A stretch of DNA of 37,182 bases from Octopus bimaculoides (Eukaryota). The stretch spans positions 90,418,952 through 90,456,133 of the forward strand of contig NC_068985.1 in NCBI RefSeq assembly GCF_001194135.2, in the 5' to 3' direction. Position 1 is the first letter of the stretch, and every line of letters begins with the position of its first letter. The translations under genes were made by a program, and so were the position numbers. The notes under the pieces were generated by a model. It did no database searches, was not told where the DNA came from, and saw only the letters and a list, made by a program, of their open reading frames with translations. This document shows, in pieces, positions 12,059 through 25,556 of this stretch.

Positions 12059-12578
12059 GGTATGTGTCACAATATAATTCGTGGCTTATTTATTATGTAA
12101 GAACTGCTACATTTGTTCCAGCTAAGGAATATACAGGAACAAATTGATAGCAACATACTCATTTCACAAACATTTCGAGGAGACACTGCTTGTCTACTTA
12201 GAACAATTTGTCTAGTAAGCACAACTCTAGGTTAGAGGCTGTCACACACTAATTCTGAAAACTTCCCACTGGAAAATGAAATAAACGGTGAAAAATATAG
12301 GACAGTATACGAATTTTGAAAGCAAACATTTTAATGAATTTATATGACCATATATCGTGGAGAACTTAGGTACATTTCAAGGAGTATGTTAAGTAATATT
12401 CTAATGCTGAAACATTAAAATGTGATGCTAGCCTTTAGAACTCGATTTTGCACGAGTTACAAAGTACATTATGCATATGTCTGCTACATGAATATTTTTC
12501 CGTATCTACGTAATTCATTTTATAAATTGTATTTTTTTTTCTTTGTTTTTGCATTTGTTTAATTTCTTTTTGTTACAG

Positions 12579-12707
12579 GCTACATTTTAGAGACCATTAT
12601 GTTGCGAATCACAGTCTGACTGAGGGGAACAGCAACAAATGTTTGATTACTTTTGAGCAGCTTTGCTCTTTCTGATAAACATATATATCCACTAGCCCAG
12701 AATGGAG
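12579..12707 (+). other. Candidate spliced exon (terminal coding or non-coding)
   Basis: Long polypyrimidine tract ending ttgttacAG at 12578. All frames stop; the longest is LHFRDHYVANHSLTEGNSNKCLITFEQLCSF*. Possible weak donor GAG|gtataa. No recognised homology. Confidence 0.3.
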
Positions 12708-14461
12708 GTATAATATGTATTTGAAATGACAGATATTCCGCTGTATGTCTAAAAGTTTAGCTTTCTGTGATATCATATGATATGAAAAGAGCAGTTTCTT
12801 TTCTATGAATGCATATTTTCTTATCTAGAATCGGTCAATAAAATATGCAACATTCAAATCCACTAAATAAATTCATCTATATATAAAAAAAAAATACCCC
12901 AATAAATTGATTCGGTTCGTCATCTTGCAGCATTTTTTAAAATATGTAATTAAATTTACTTAAAATAATAATACAAAATAACTTAATGTTATACGTTGTA
13001 GATATAGAATATCATAATGTGAGGCATAACGAGTATCATTCTGTCAAAATACACACACACACACAATGATACGCACACATGTATTTTCGTATATTAATGC
13101 ATACATTCCATTCTATGTTGAAACACAATCGTATCATTCTGCAAGGAAATTTAAGCTATTAGCATTTCCTATTTTTATAATATGATCCATTTGGAACAAG
13201 TTGAGAATTATGGATGTATTTAACCGAAATCCAATTTAAATGTAATTTCCATTCTTATATCGAGAGTCGATTTCAAGTAAATGATATTAATTCCCTATAA
13301 TAATAAAATAGATTATATATCGGTTTTATCATTTAGACACAAAAGCCATCCTCAGGCACACACAGAACTTAACACAATTGGAAATGAACACACCACTGCA
13401 TATTGTGAAAAATAATTTTAGATGTAAATGAATGCATAACGTTTGTTCTAAACTATCTCTCCAATAATAAATATGTATATACATATGTGTTTGTGTATAT
13501 ATATAATTATTTGCCTGTTAGTGTGTTTGTGTGAGTGAGTGAATTAGAGTGTGTGAACCGGTGCATGTGTGTGGAAGAAAGGAAGCAAGCGCGTATTTTG
13601 ATAAGTATGTACGTAAGTAGATATCTCCGTCTATAAGTTAATGATCCTATGTAAGCGAATATGTATGCCTGGATAAAAATGCAGAATTGTAGATAAAGAA
13701 CCATAAAACAATTCATGCTGGTTTATGTCGTATATGGTACGAGCAATCAGCGTAATCCTATGCATGCATTACTCGTGTATCTTAAATAAACGCATCTCCA
13801 AGAAAAAACAACTTAAAGTCGTACATGTTGTCATGTATTCATAGCTTCATACAAATATTTCCTATACATACGCAAAAGCACGATCGACCTACCGTCACAC
13901 ACACATATAAGAGTGTGTATGTACATTTATTCGTGTTCGTATACCTATATATGAAAAATCTACCTGATTCCAACTGAATAGATATGAAATGCTGTATATT
14001 TCGGCTTCTTCAGCTTGCGAGTAAATGTTTGTTTTCAATGCAGCCATTGAAGTAAATCCGAATTTCACTGATATCTACTTGCATTTAAATGCTATTTATT
14101 TTAACACTCGAATAAAGAAATATTTTCGAGTATAATTCAGAATAAATGCATGCATTTCTGAATAAATCGTCGAAATAGGCATTCACTTACTTGAAGCAAC
14201 GCTCCACTTATATGCCTAAGCAAATAAACTGATGTGTATAGTGATGTTCCCAATTCCACACGCATATGAATAGGTTTGTGTGCATGCGAGGGAAAGCATG
14301 TTCGGATATCTCTTTCTCTGTATCTGATTGTCTACCTGCCTGCTCTTCTCTTTTCCTCTCTCACTTTCTATCTCTAACGATCTATACATTGACTAGTACA
14401 GATATATGGAGGCGCGTGCGCGCTCATCTCACACTGACATGTCTTTTTTTCTGTTTTTCTT

Positions 14462-14685
14462 TTTAGTTGTTTCTGTCAATTGCTTGCGGCCATGCAACGA
14501 CACCTCTTTGAAGGCTTTTAGTCGAACACATTCATCCCAGGACTTTTTTCTTCAGACTAGTAATTAATCTAACGCTTTCTTATGCCGAATCGCTAGTTTA
14601 CGGGGATGTAAATACACCAACAGCAGTTATTAAGCGATGATGGGGAGTGTTTGTCAAACACATACAAAGACACATACACATTACG
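14462..14685 (-). mobile_element. SINE family A, 3' half
   Basis: 'gtttctgtcaattgcttgcggccatgc...ttttagtcgaac...cccaggac...gccgaatcgctagtttacggggatgtaaatacacc' is the reverse complement of the family A body and tail. Confidence 0.78.
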
Positions 14686-14789
14686 TGTTGACATATTTAG
14701 AGGCAATATGCGGAGAAGCAAATTAGTTACACTAAATATATTAAATATATGACATTTGGTTTGAAATATAAAATACCGCGGCACTCCGT

Positions 14790-15088
14790 CTGTTACGACG
14801 ACCATGGTTCCAGTTAATCCTATCAAAGGAACAGCCTCCTCGTGAAATTAACGTGGTGAACTCTCCGCAGACACGTGTAGCCTTAACTTAGTTCTGGCAT
14901 AGATTGAGCGTGACACAGAGTGTGACAAGGTTGGTCCTTTAAAATATAGGAAGAAACAGTGAGAGAAAGTTGTGGGGTAAAATACATCAGGGTTCGCCAC
15001 CACCTCTTGCCGGAGCCTCGTGGCGCTTTAGGTGTTTTTGCTCAATAAACACTCATGGGAATCGAAACCGCTGGGCCATTGCCCCTCC
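14790..15088 (-). mobile_element. SINE family C with a deleted A-B box spacer
   Basis: Reverse complement aligns with 35933-36290 (ggtttcgattccc, ttattgagc.aaaac.cct, cacgttaatttcacgag..ggctgttcc, ggaacc..gtcgtcgtaa). Confidence 0.82.
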
Positions 15089-15489
15089 ATAGATGTAAAA
15101 TATGTATGTATGTATGTATGTATACATGCAAAACGAGAGAAAGGAAAAGGTGGAGACTTTCGAATGATGAATTTTGAAATATGAACAAAGGGCTATTTAA
15201 ATTCATTGGTCCAACTTACACAGAGTACAAAAGGCAGAAAATATTAAAGGCGTGGAAGGAAGGTTTCATAATCCAACATCTATTTCTGGGTATTTCCCAA
15301 TCCATAATAATTTAGGCAGATTTAGTTCTTCACAATATGCGGCAGTAGAAATGCAGTTAACGTTGGGAAAATCGATGTCCAACACCAGGGTGGATATGAT
15401 CTTACTTTTCAGGTATTAATGGGTAAAAGTTCAAAGTTTCGATCTCCCACTTTCCCACTCTTTCTCCCTCTTTCTTTCTATGCTTCCAC

Positions 15490-15573
15490 CTATCCATCTA
15501 TCTGTCTGCATGTCTGTATATTTATCTCTCTGTCTCTGTCTCTGTCTCTGTCACTCTCTCTCTCCCTCTCTCC

Positions 15574-15605
<32 letters not shown>

Positions 15606-15850
15606 CCATCTAATTATTCATATATCTATCCGTGTATATATTTATTTATATATATATCTGCCCCTCTCTCTATATCTGTTTCTCTTTCAATCTCTCTTTG
15701 TCTCTTTGTGTGTGTCTCTCTATATCTCACTCTCTGTTTCTATCTCTCATTCTCCCCCTCTCTCCCTTTATATATATATATAGAAATATACACATACACA
15801 TGCATTTTACATCCGTACATGGACATATACATACACACATACATACAAAT
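15490..15850. repeat. Compound (TC)n/(TCTG)n/(TCTA)n/(TA)n microsatellite
   Basis: Direct reading. Confidence 0.9.
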
Positions 15851-16279
15851 ATAAATACAATTGCGCAAAGCAATTAATACTATCATGAACCATATCTTCG
15901 AAGCACTTGAGATAAGAACTCTCTATTTGGAAGAAGGAAATGGACAAGAAAAGTGAAATGAATAAAAATACGTAATTTATACGTTTGAATATCGTATAAG
16001 AATCGTTCTGTCACATGTACTATTTTACATCCATGTTCTTTTTAGTTTTATCATTCCTTGACATCATGTGAACGGCCTATTCCAGAATTATATTTTCTGT
16101 ATAACATCTCATTTCTGATTTACTTTAATGAATACTTTCGAATTAATATCTAATCCGATCCGATTATGTATTTCTAAAGTAAAAAGTTATTTCGTATATA
16201 AGCATTTCTATAAAACTTACTTAGAAATTTGATACGTACCATGTTACTAATGTATATAAATGTACTGATATAAAAGCGT

Positions 16280-16552
16280 ATGTTCATACATTCGTGTGTG
16301 TGTGTGTGTATGTGTGTGTGCGTGCGTGCATGCGCGATCGTTTGTGTATGATTGTGTCTGACTGTATGCGTTTACCCTCCACCACCACTAGGTAACAGGT
16401 CTTGGTGTGTTTAGTTCGGCCATAGTGGTCGACAGGTTAAGTTTTAGGCTTAAGGAAAAATTAAATGAGTTGTAGGAAAGATCCGTTCGACTTTAAATGC
16501 TCGTAGTGGATCCCCAGCATGACCGCAGTCCACTGATTTAATGAAGTAAGAA
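16280..16552 (+). mobile_element. (TG)n tract plus diverged SINE family A 3' half
   Basis: 'ggtgtgtttag ttcggcc', 'ttcgact' and the tail 'ccccagcatgaccgcagtcc..tgatt.aatgaagtaag'. Confidence 0.6.
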
Positions 16553-17180
16553 TTATAACGTAAAGGATATGCGCGCGTTATTATTCAAAACAATTTTCAA
16601 CTGTGTATAACCATAATCACTAAAACAACCCCCACCACTCACGCTATGCGCAGATACATTAATCTTTCAGACACAATGACTTCTCCCCAAACATCAAAAT
16701 ATCTCATGAGCAATACCTACCCACTCCTCACTCAGTAACTCTATTGATTCCATGTGAAATATTCTTTGGGCGAAACTTTCATTTTTATCCCACATTTTTT
16801 TTCTCCCTTATTAAAAACAAATTAACATTCTCCGTTACCAAACATATTCTCCTTGATCAATTGGTCCGATATTCTTTGACTGGCGTGCGCGTTGCAGATG
16901 AAACGAAAATTACTGGCAGATATCACAAAGAACGTTAAGAGTTATTGGCAAATTTCGCATAGAAATTATATAAAATCAACATTTACTAAATTCAAAAATA
17001 TAGAAAGAAAAATAGAAATCTATACTTCTTATCTTTAATTAATGATGTTTGTGTATAAGAAGTATATTTTCATAGGTTATTGTGAGGCGCAAAAATACGT
17101 CCGGATATTTGAATGCTGGAAATTATACCTTCACTAAGTGTTGGCGCAGCCAGATATTCTGTGACACCTTCAGTATTTTT

Positions 17181-17336
17181 TATTCGTTTCAGTAATTTGA
17201 CTGCGACCATACTGGAGCACCGCTTTTAGTCAAACTGATCGACCCCAGGACTTATTGTTTGTAAGACTATTTATCAAACCTACATCGGTTGTCAATCGAT
17301 GTTTGTTAGACATATAGAGACACACAAACACATACA

Positions 17337-17377
<41 letters not shown>
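17181..17377 (-). mobile_element. SINE family A, 3' half with internal deletion
   Basis: 'gtttcagtaatttgactgcgaccatactggagcaccgcttttagtc...atcgaccccaggacttatt...catcggttgtcaatcgatg', then (TA)n. Confidence 0.85.
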
Positions 17378-17387
17378 NNNNNNNNNN

Positions 17388-17482
17388 TTTCATTCCTTTA
17401 TTTGTTTCAGTCATTTGATAGCGGCCATGCTAGGGCACCGTCTTTAGTCGAGCAAATCGACCCCAGGATTTATTCTTTGTAA
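17388..17482 (-). mobile_element. SINE family A, 3' terminal ~95 bp
   Basis: 'gtttcagtcatttgatagcggccatgctagggcaccgtctttagtcgagcaaatcgaccccaggatttattctttgtaagc'. Confidence 0.85.
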
Positions 17483-18334
17483 GCGGCAGAAGTTAATTGA
17501 ATACTCCTGTTTCCACGGACAGCGGTCACTCCCGTTTACCACAACCAACACGTTCACTACTACTACTACAGCCAACGATTGAAGTAAACGTACTAGACAG
17601 ACATTATGTCCCCATACAAAAAACGCTTCCACGTGGACTCTGTTGACACCAGTAAGAAACAATTACGACCTTTTCTTTTAATAACATTTTTAAAAAAATA
17701 TTTATTTTCGATGAAGTTCGTTTTTTCAAGAACCGAAACATATAAAACATCTCTGAGAAAATTGAAAATTAGAATTTATTTTATATAGTGGCGTTTTCAA
17801 ACTTCTTATATATATATATATATACTGTACTGTTCCATGACGGTAAGATGAAAAAGAACGTACTGTATCTGGTGAGAGATAAATAATTTTAAGAAACACA
17901 ATATATGATTTTTGTGTTATTATTAGTCTCATACAAAACATATTCTGTTTATTAAATGAAATATATGTGTGTGCCTCTCTGTGTATATACACACACGCAC
18001 GCACATACACATGCACACACACACATATATCGATAAAGATGCATATTCCCATTTCGTTGCATCTAAAGTTTCGAAAACTTACGATTCTGGCAAAACGAGG
18101 ATGTTACCAAACGTGCCTCATACAAATACAGTATAGAACGTGCATGCTGAAGATTTTTAGACTGTTCCATGAATTATCCATTTGAGAATTACAACAATTA
18201 ATTTAACGTGGCAACAATTTCATTTCCGTATGCCTTAAGATGGAAACTATAATCCTAATTTTTGAAAACAGTATTCCAGTTAAATATAGTATGAATTACA
18301 ACATAAACCAGGCAATATTCTTTTTCTAATTCAG

Positions 18335-18381
18335 TATATTTATGCGTTGAAAATGGACCTACACGTACTTCCCAGAGAAAT
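18335..18381 (+). other. Candidate 47 nt internal mini-exon
   Basis: Acceptor ttctttttctaattcAG and donor AAT|GTAAGT. Two frames are open (YLCVENGPTRTSQRN; YIYALKMDLHVLPRE). No homology recognised. Confidence 0.35.
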
Positions 18382-20650
18382 GTAAGTGACAGACAGATTT
18401 TCCTTCCTGATTTGGATTACAACTGTATACTTCCAAAACATGAAAGTAATATCAGGCAAATATCACAAGTAATCAATGCTCAACTGTTCAAAGAAGACTT
18501 AATGATTTCGTACTTGTTCTTCACGATAGTGTGCATCTCAAATCATCAATCCTAGACAAAGTTTTCTGGAAGTTACTAACAGATTCCGGATAGAAAATTA
18601 TGCAGATTGTCTGAATTCTGAAAAAAATACATGTTTTTCGGTCAGAGTCTAAGTTCTGACTCTGCAAACTTTTGCGTCAACAACTATGTCAAGTATGGTG
18701 GCTATGCAATATTGTATAAAAGAGTTGTTTATCTGTTACACATTTTTGCTCTTTTCTCGATTGGCTTCTTCACACTTCTATTTTTGCGAGCAGAGATTCA
18801 TTATTCTGTTTCAAACTTCATCATAGTCATTATTCGTTCAGTCGCTTCGATCTAATCAGTCCTGGAGTAACTAAAAGATCCCTCAGACCAACGATTCACG
18901 ATGATGTTCAAAAGCATAGACTTGACTCTCTAGGTGACGTGTTGCAGCTCAATCCTTATATAAAACCTATATAAAATATACCATAATGTCAGTCTACGCT
19001 ATGCTATTCGACATTGATACAACGTATACTCTCTCGGTTTTACCATTAGAACACCACCTGCAAACTAAGCATGCATTTGCATAACATTTATGCAGTGCAT
19101 ATTACAGTATGAACGTAACGATATCTTTTTTGGAATAAAATATAGTCAATATCTCTAAAAATTAAAATGTTGCAGAGATACTATTAACTTTGTTTTTAGA
19201 ATGTGACGTTAACAATTAGTGTTGCATTTTGCCACAGGGTTATTTCTGCAACAAGGTATCAACATTATCTATTTTATGTCATATATAAAATTTTGAAAAC
19301 ATCGAGGTTGATTTTTAAATAAAAGTTATAAGTTATTCATTATCTCTATTTCGAGAGACAATGTTTAAATAGAATGAAGTTAACCCGATTTAGAATATTA
19401 AATCCTAGATAAATAGCATTAGAATATTCAAAATGGTAAATCTTTACTAATTTGACTGAATAACTATGCCTGATCAATACGTTCAGTTCCAGTGTATTAT
19501 TTTGAAAAAATGCATAGCGTTGTTTCTATTTAATTCCATACGAAAATTAGTATTAGATGAACTATCCGTTATATTTAAATATAGATTCAAAGAACAGCTG
19601 GGAAGCTAAATTCTAGAAAATTATTTCTCTCGTTTAAAATTGAATCGAACTCATAAATACGTAAATTGCATGGTAAACCAGACTTCTGTGACGAAAATTA
19701 CATGTTTTATTCTAACTTTGCACCGTACAGTTGCTGTTATATTAATGAACTCCATTCACTACAAATAACACAAAGATGTGATCGAACGTCGTATCTAAGA
19801 TTCTGAGTATTTTTTACATTTTCCATATAACTACAAGGAATTTTGAATTATATGCAAGCAGCGATTACAGCGTTATGTTTTTCATCGCAATTAAACAATA
19901 AATCAGAGATAAAATTATCAGGTATCTATAAGTATCAACGACGAAGCTTAATTGTAATGCACATTTGATAAGATGGGAAAATTAAAGTAATACGAGACAT
20001 AATTACAATTATCGCATTAATACAAGGGAGAGAGAATGGCGCATCTGTGTATGAAATTGTACCAAGTCTTTGGCGATTTTATGTGTAACATGTCTATAAT
20101 AGTAAAATAACATTTAAATGTTAAGCGGTACAACTGACGCGAGTCTTTGAGATATTAAAAAAGCATATGAAAGATATCTAAACAGTATTATTTTAATTAA
20201 CACATTTGAAAAAAGGGAGTTTTGATGGGTGTGTAATATAACATGTTATGCTTCAATAAGCTCGCTAAGCATGTTAGTACTCTACGTGTGGAAGCTATAC
20301 TTCATATAAAACAATTATTACAAGTAAATACAAACCATTCTGCGTTTAAACATAGACAGCTACTAAAGCGTTGGCTCTCAAAGCAATATGAACTAAATAT
20401 ATTTAAAAAAATTCACATAATTCATCTGCAATAGAATATATTCGGAGGTCAAAAAGACACCATTAAAATTACTCTCAAAGTAACAACACGCTGAGCTAGA
20501 AACGGAGATAATCTCAAGCAATCAACGTTTAATGCCTGGAGAAACACAAATACACACATATATTTGTACTTCGTTTGGGTTTGTGTTACGCTTTCTTTAA
20601 TTATTCAAAGTATATGCCTTTTGTATGAATAAAATACTTCATCACGTTAA

Positions 20651-20908
20651 GTCAGAAAAATAGAGCTGGTAGAGTTATTTTGAATTTAGCAGGTAAAATC
20701 ACTTAAGAATTCGTTGAAATATTCAAGACACCAAAAAAAAAAAAAAAAGTTTGTTGCCCAAAAATACTTACTCTATCATGTCTAGTCAGAAAACTAGACG
20801 TGATAGAGAAAAACTGAAGTTATTTTTGAATTTAGCAGACGAAATTACTTGGGAATTCATTGAAATATTCCAGGCACCAGATGAAATTAGTTTTGTTGCC
20901 CAGTGTTA
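20651..20908 (+). mobile_element. Tandemly duplicated right terminus of a Chapaev3-like (CMC) DNA transposon
   Basis: Two ~110-120 bp copies (gtcagaaaa...tgaatttagcag...tgaaatattc..g.cacca...tttgttgccca). The second ends ttttgttgcccagtg followed by TTA. The GTG end plus TWA flank and the subterminal 'acgtgatagagaaaaact' fit Chapaev3 ends as recalled. Confidence 0.6.
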
Positions 20909-22104
20909 ATCTTCGCTCGGTAGGTAGGACGATGCTTTCGTTTAGTGTTTTACGTGGATAATTCAATCGCAAAAACTCTAACATTTCCATACTTTAAGAC
21001 ATACCTTATTTGAATATTGAGACTATAATTGTTGCAGAGACGGAATGTTTTGGGGATTTTACTGGACCATTAAAGCATTGACAATTGGAGTAACGTGTAA
21101 GGCCTTTGCCTTCATCTAGGAAACAAAGCATGACTTCGCCCAAACAACTCAGACAGCAAATGTACGCTGTTAAGATGTATATCATAAACATTAGTCAATG
21201 CGCCTTTAAGCATACAAAATATAATGCACACAGAGACATATATACACACCACGATAAAACTGCGTGTTGATTTGTGAGACTCATGTGTTTGTATGGGTGT
21301 TTTTTATTTGCCTTCTTATACTTTATAGCCATAAATTTGTTTACTAAATCTGCATATATTTTCTCAATGTTAATTTATTAAGAAAAACAAAAATGATATT
21401 GCCTCTTATTATGATTTCTATGATAAGTAAAAAAAAAAATTATTTTCACATACTAATTAGGCGAGGTTATATCAAGCGCACAAACAAATATTTCTATATA
21501 TCATTGTAATATATTTATATTTTATTCAGATTTTTATAACGTTTTTGGTCTTGTATCTAATATCGGTTTCCCACAATTCCTATCGGAATATGTTTAATGT
21601 TTACAACCAATGTTCTGTAGTAAGACCAATATCAAAACAAATGTATAGAAAATTGAAACATCTTTTTTTTCATCTAAAGATCACTCAATATTTTTAAAAT
21701 ATTTTTTTTTACGAAATGTTCTTCCACCATATTATTTTGAAAAGTGCAACAAAATATGAAGAGAGTAAAATATGTAAAAATAAAAACTAAAAAAAACAGT
21801 AACGAGTGAACTACATATTGAAAAGAGAGACGTTTTGTTGGTAGATTCATGTTGATGTTTTTTCAAAGTTGTTTCGTTTGATACAAAGAAACTAAACTGT
21901 TTCTGCTTCTAATTAACTGCATTGCAAAATATGACGGAAATATGTTGCATGTAAAATATATTCGTTCTATTTATCTATATTTCTATCTATCTATCTATCT
22001 CTCTATCTATCTTGATATCTAGCTAGCAATGTATCTAATTATCTATTTAATCTCTCTAGTTTATATCTGTATCGTATATATACATATATATATATATATA
22101 TATA

Positions 22105-22302
22105 NNNNNNNNNNNNNNNNNNNNNNNNNNNNNNNNNNNNNNNNNNNNNNNNNNNNNNNNNNNNNNNNNNNNNNNNNNNNNNNNNNNNNNNNNNNNNNNN
22201 NNNNNNNNNNNNNNNNNNNNNNNNNNNNNNNNNNNNNNNNNNNNNNNNNNNNNNNNNNNNNNNNNNNNNNNNNNNNNNNNNNNNNNNNNNNNNNNNNNNN
22301 NN
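22105..22302. other. Assembly gap between (TA)n and (CA)n
   Basis: N run. Confidence 0.99.
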
Positions 22303-24152
22303 ACACACACACACACACACACGCTCACATACATACATACAATTATATATACAGAAAATGGAGAACGTGGACAGAAAAGAATCGATTTGTTTATATAATA
22401 GACAATTTCCTGTCACCTCCGTACGCTTCAATTTCTTACCTTATTAAAATCACATTAGGAAATTAAAAGGTGAAAATCTCTTCAGGGCAAAAATTGACAC
22501 ATATTGATTTACATCCTATTGGATGGGGAGTTCCTTACATACTGGAGAGCAGCATGTGTATGCGTGTGTGTGTGTGTGTGTGTGTGTGCGTGTGTGTGTG
22601 TTATGTCAGGATGTGTATCTTTAGGTTACTTTGTGAAAGTAGCTACAGGTTTAACTGCCATCATACTGGACAATAATAGTCAGTTGCAACTGGTTATTCT
22701 CCATAGATGTCGAGGTTAAGCCTCCTGCTATATTTAGAAAGGAATCGAAAAACACACATGTTCACTCATACGCACACGCACAAACATATACACACGCACA
22801 CACGCTTACATATGCTCATATTCCTTCTATAAGGAGCCCTTAACCCATTAGTATTTGAATGAATGTATGTCAGTTTTTTTGCCTTGAAGAGATCTTTACA
22901 TTTGAAATTCATAATGCAATGTTCCTTGTAAACTATGAATGAAAGAAAAAACAAATTTGAAACGTACATAGGTGACATGAAATAAATTATTATATAAAGG
23001 AATTGATGTTTTCTGTGACAAGTTACCATTATTTTTATATCATATTATTAAAAGTCAGTTCTCGTATATCGGACCGATGAAAACCATGTGGATGTAAACA
23101 CACAAAAACGTGCATGCACATGCACACACACATACATATCTTCCGTAGTCCATATATCCGTAAGATAACCAAACTCTTAAAATTTAGGGCAGTAATATGT
23201 CTATTGATGATTGGTTGTTATTGTCGGTCAGAGAGAAGCCGTTGATTTCCTACCTCTAAATCTCTTAGCTGTATTGGCGACTTGTTAGATTAAATAACAT
23301 ATTTACAACTGGAGGAAAGAAAAAACGTACTAGGTAGCTGCACATATCTATAAATGATAACATCCGCACATCTCTCAGAACATTAACTAGCAAAAATTTA
23401 CTGTAATTAAGTCACTACGTAGATGACCAAATATAGGGATCCTATTGAAGTTGTAGCGTCAACAATCTTACAAGTTTGCATTTGCAACAGTGATTATTTG
23501 CAGTAGCGGAAACACGTGTTGGTCATAGAAATATGCCGAAGAGTGCTATAAAATAAATTTTGTGGATTTGTAAGTCTTCATACACTTTCTTATTCATACT
23601 GTTAATATACATTCCAGACAATTGTTGCCGTTTTAAGAATTGTCGCCGGAATTACACATCGGAGGAATTCAGGGAATGAATAACAACTAATTATAGCTAG
23701 AGACGTTTGACATTGAATGATTGTACCTAGCCGTTAACTAGGTAACTGAAATTACCTGAGAGCTAATACAGTAGCCACCCGGATGTTACATTTCTCCTAA
23801 CTCACTTACGTATATAGATATACAGAATTAATTAGCAGTAACATAATACGTACAAAAATATATATTTGCTAGTCCAATCGTATCGATAGGGAAGTTCAAA
23901 TTACATTAGTTGTATGAAAACACACAAGATAGCTATGTAACTTTTCGCGGGGGAGTAGGTATTCAACGACATTACGTTGCATCAGTTACGGACACATTCC
24001 TAGATTCACTACGTTCATAGAGCTCTCCTTCTCATATGTGTTATCCTTAATATATACACAAAACTAATAACCAGTAACCCAAGTATTTGAGAAAACAACT
24101 CTTATGGATTTGGTGTGTTAGAAAGATATTTAATAGTGAAACGCAATATATA

Positions 24153-24998
24153 NNNNNNNNNNNNNNNNNNNNNNNNNNNNNNNNNNNNNNNNNNNNNNNN
24201 NNNNNNNNNNNNNNNNNNNNNNNNNNNNNNNNNNNNNNNNNNNNNNNNNNNNNNNNNNNNNNNNNNNNNNNNNNNNNNNNNNNNNNNNNNNNNNNNNNNN
24301 NNNNNNNNNNNNNNNNNNNNNNNNNNNNNNNNNNNNNNNNNNNNNNNNNNNNNNNNNNNNNNNNNNNNNNNNNNNNNNNNNNNNNNNNNNNNNNNNNNNN
24401 NNNNNNNNNNNNNNNNNNNNNNNNNNNNNNNNNNNNNNNNNNNNNNNNNNNNNNNNNNNNNNNNNNNNNNNNNNNNNNNNNNNNNNNNNNNNNNNNNNNN
24501 NNNNNNNNNNNNNNNNNNNNNNNNNNNNNNNNNNNNNNNNNNNNNNNNNNNNNNNNNNNNNNNNNNNNNNNNNNNNNNNNNNNNNNNNNNNNNNNNNNNN
24601 NNNNNNNNNNNNNNNNNNNNNNNNNNNNNNNNNNNNNNNNNNNNNNNNNNNNNNNNNNNNNNNNNNNNNNNNNNNNNNNNNNNNNNNNNNNNNNNNNNNN
24701 NNNNNNNNNNNNNNNNNNNNNNNNNNNNNNNNNNNNNNNNNNNNNNNNNNNNNNNNNNNNNNNNNNNNNNNNNNNNNNNNNNNNNNNNNNNNNNNNNNNN
24801 NNNNNNNNNNNNNNNNNNNNNNNNNNNNNNNNNNNNNNNNNNNNNNNNNNNNNNNNNNNNNNNNNNNNNNNNNNNNNNNNNNNNNNNNNNNNNNNNNNNN
24901 NNNNNNNNNNNNNNNNNNNNNNNNNNNNNNNNNNNNNNNNNNNNNNNNNNNNNNNNNNNNNNNNNNNNNNNNNNNNNNNNNNNNNNNNNNNNNNNNNN
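24153..24998. other. Assembly gap (846 N) flanked by TA repeats
   Basis: N run. Confidence 0.99.
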
Positions 24999-25556
24999 AT
25001 ATATATATATATATACATATATAAGCGTGTGTGCGTGTATTTGTGTGTAGTTGTGTGTGTGAGTGTGTGTAAGCATAAAGATGTGACCATATTTATACAA
25101 AATACCTTTGCATTAAATCCTGTCATGTTTATATTAATGTATTTAATTTAGCATTCCAAACTTAATTTCATATATGTTGAATTATCTAATAGAATATTAT
25201 TTCACAAAACATTGCCTGGAATATTTTAACAAATGAAGCATTCTTCACAATAATTTACATTTCATCAAGAAGCAAATTCCATTTCCAGGCAAATGTTTGC
25301 ATCTATTTATGTGCTGCACGTAAAACCTTTGGCTAATCGGTTCATTTCCAAAAGCATGCTATCTCATATAACAGTATAACGCGTATGCGATGCATTTTTC
25401 CATATTACTGTTTATGACGAAATTAGTGAAATCTTTTAAGTTTGTGTCATGTATCAGACTGCCGCCACGCCGGACCACTCCTTTAATATGCACACACAAA
25501 TAAGTATATATGTATGTACGCATATATATATATATATGTATATACATACATATATA

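Noticed and set aside
14134-14165. Short palindrome attcagaataaatgcatgcatttctgaat
   Set aside because: Only ~30 bp and AT-rich; expected occasionally by chance, with no supporting context.
22836-22860. TTAA-CCC motif resembling a piggyBac end (also agggttaa near 1940)
   Set aside because: No matching partner TIR or transposase remnant could be identified.
24047-25151. 300+ aa ORFs in the track
   Set aside because: They consist of X residues spanning an N gap; the same holds near 22.1k, 32.3k and 33.7k.
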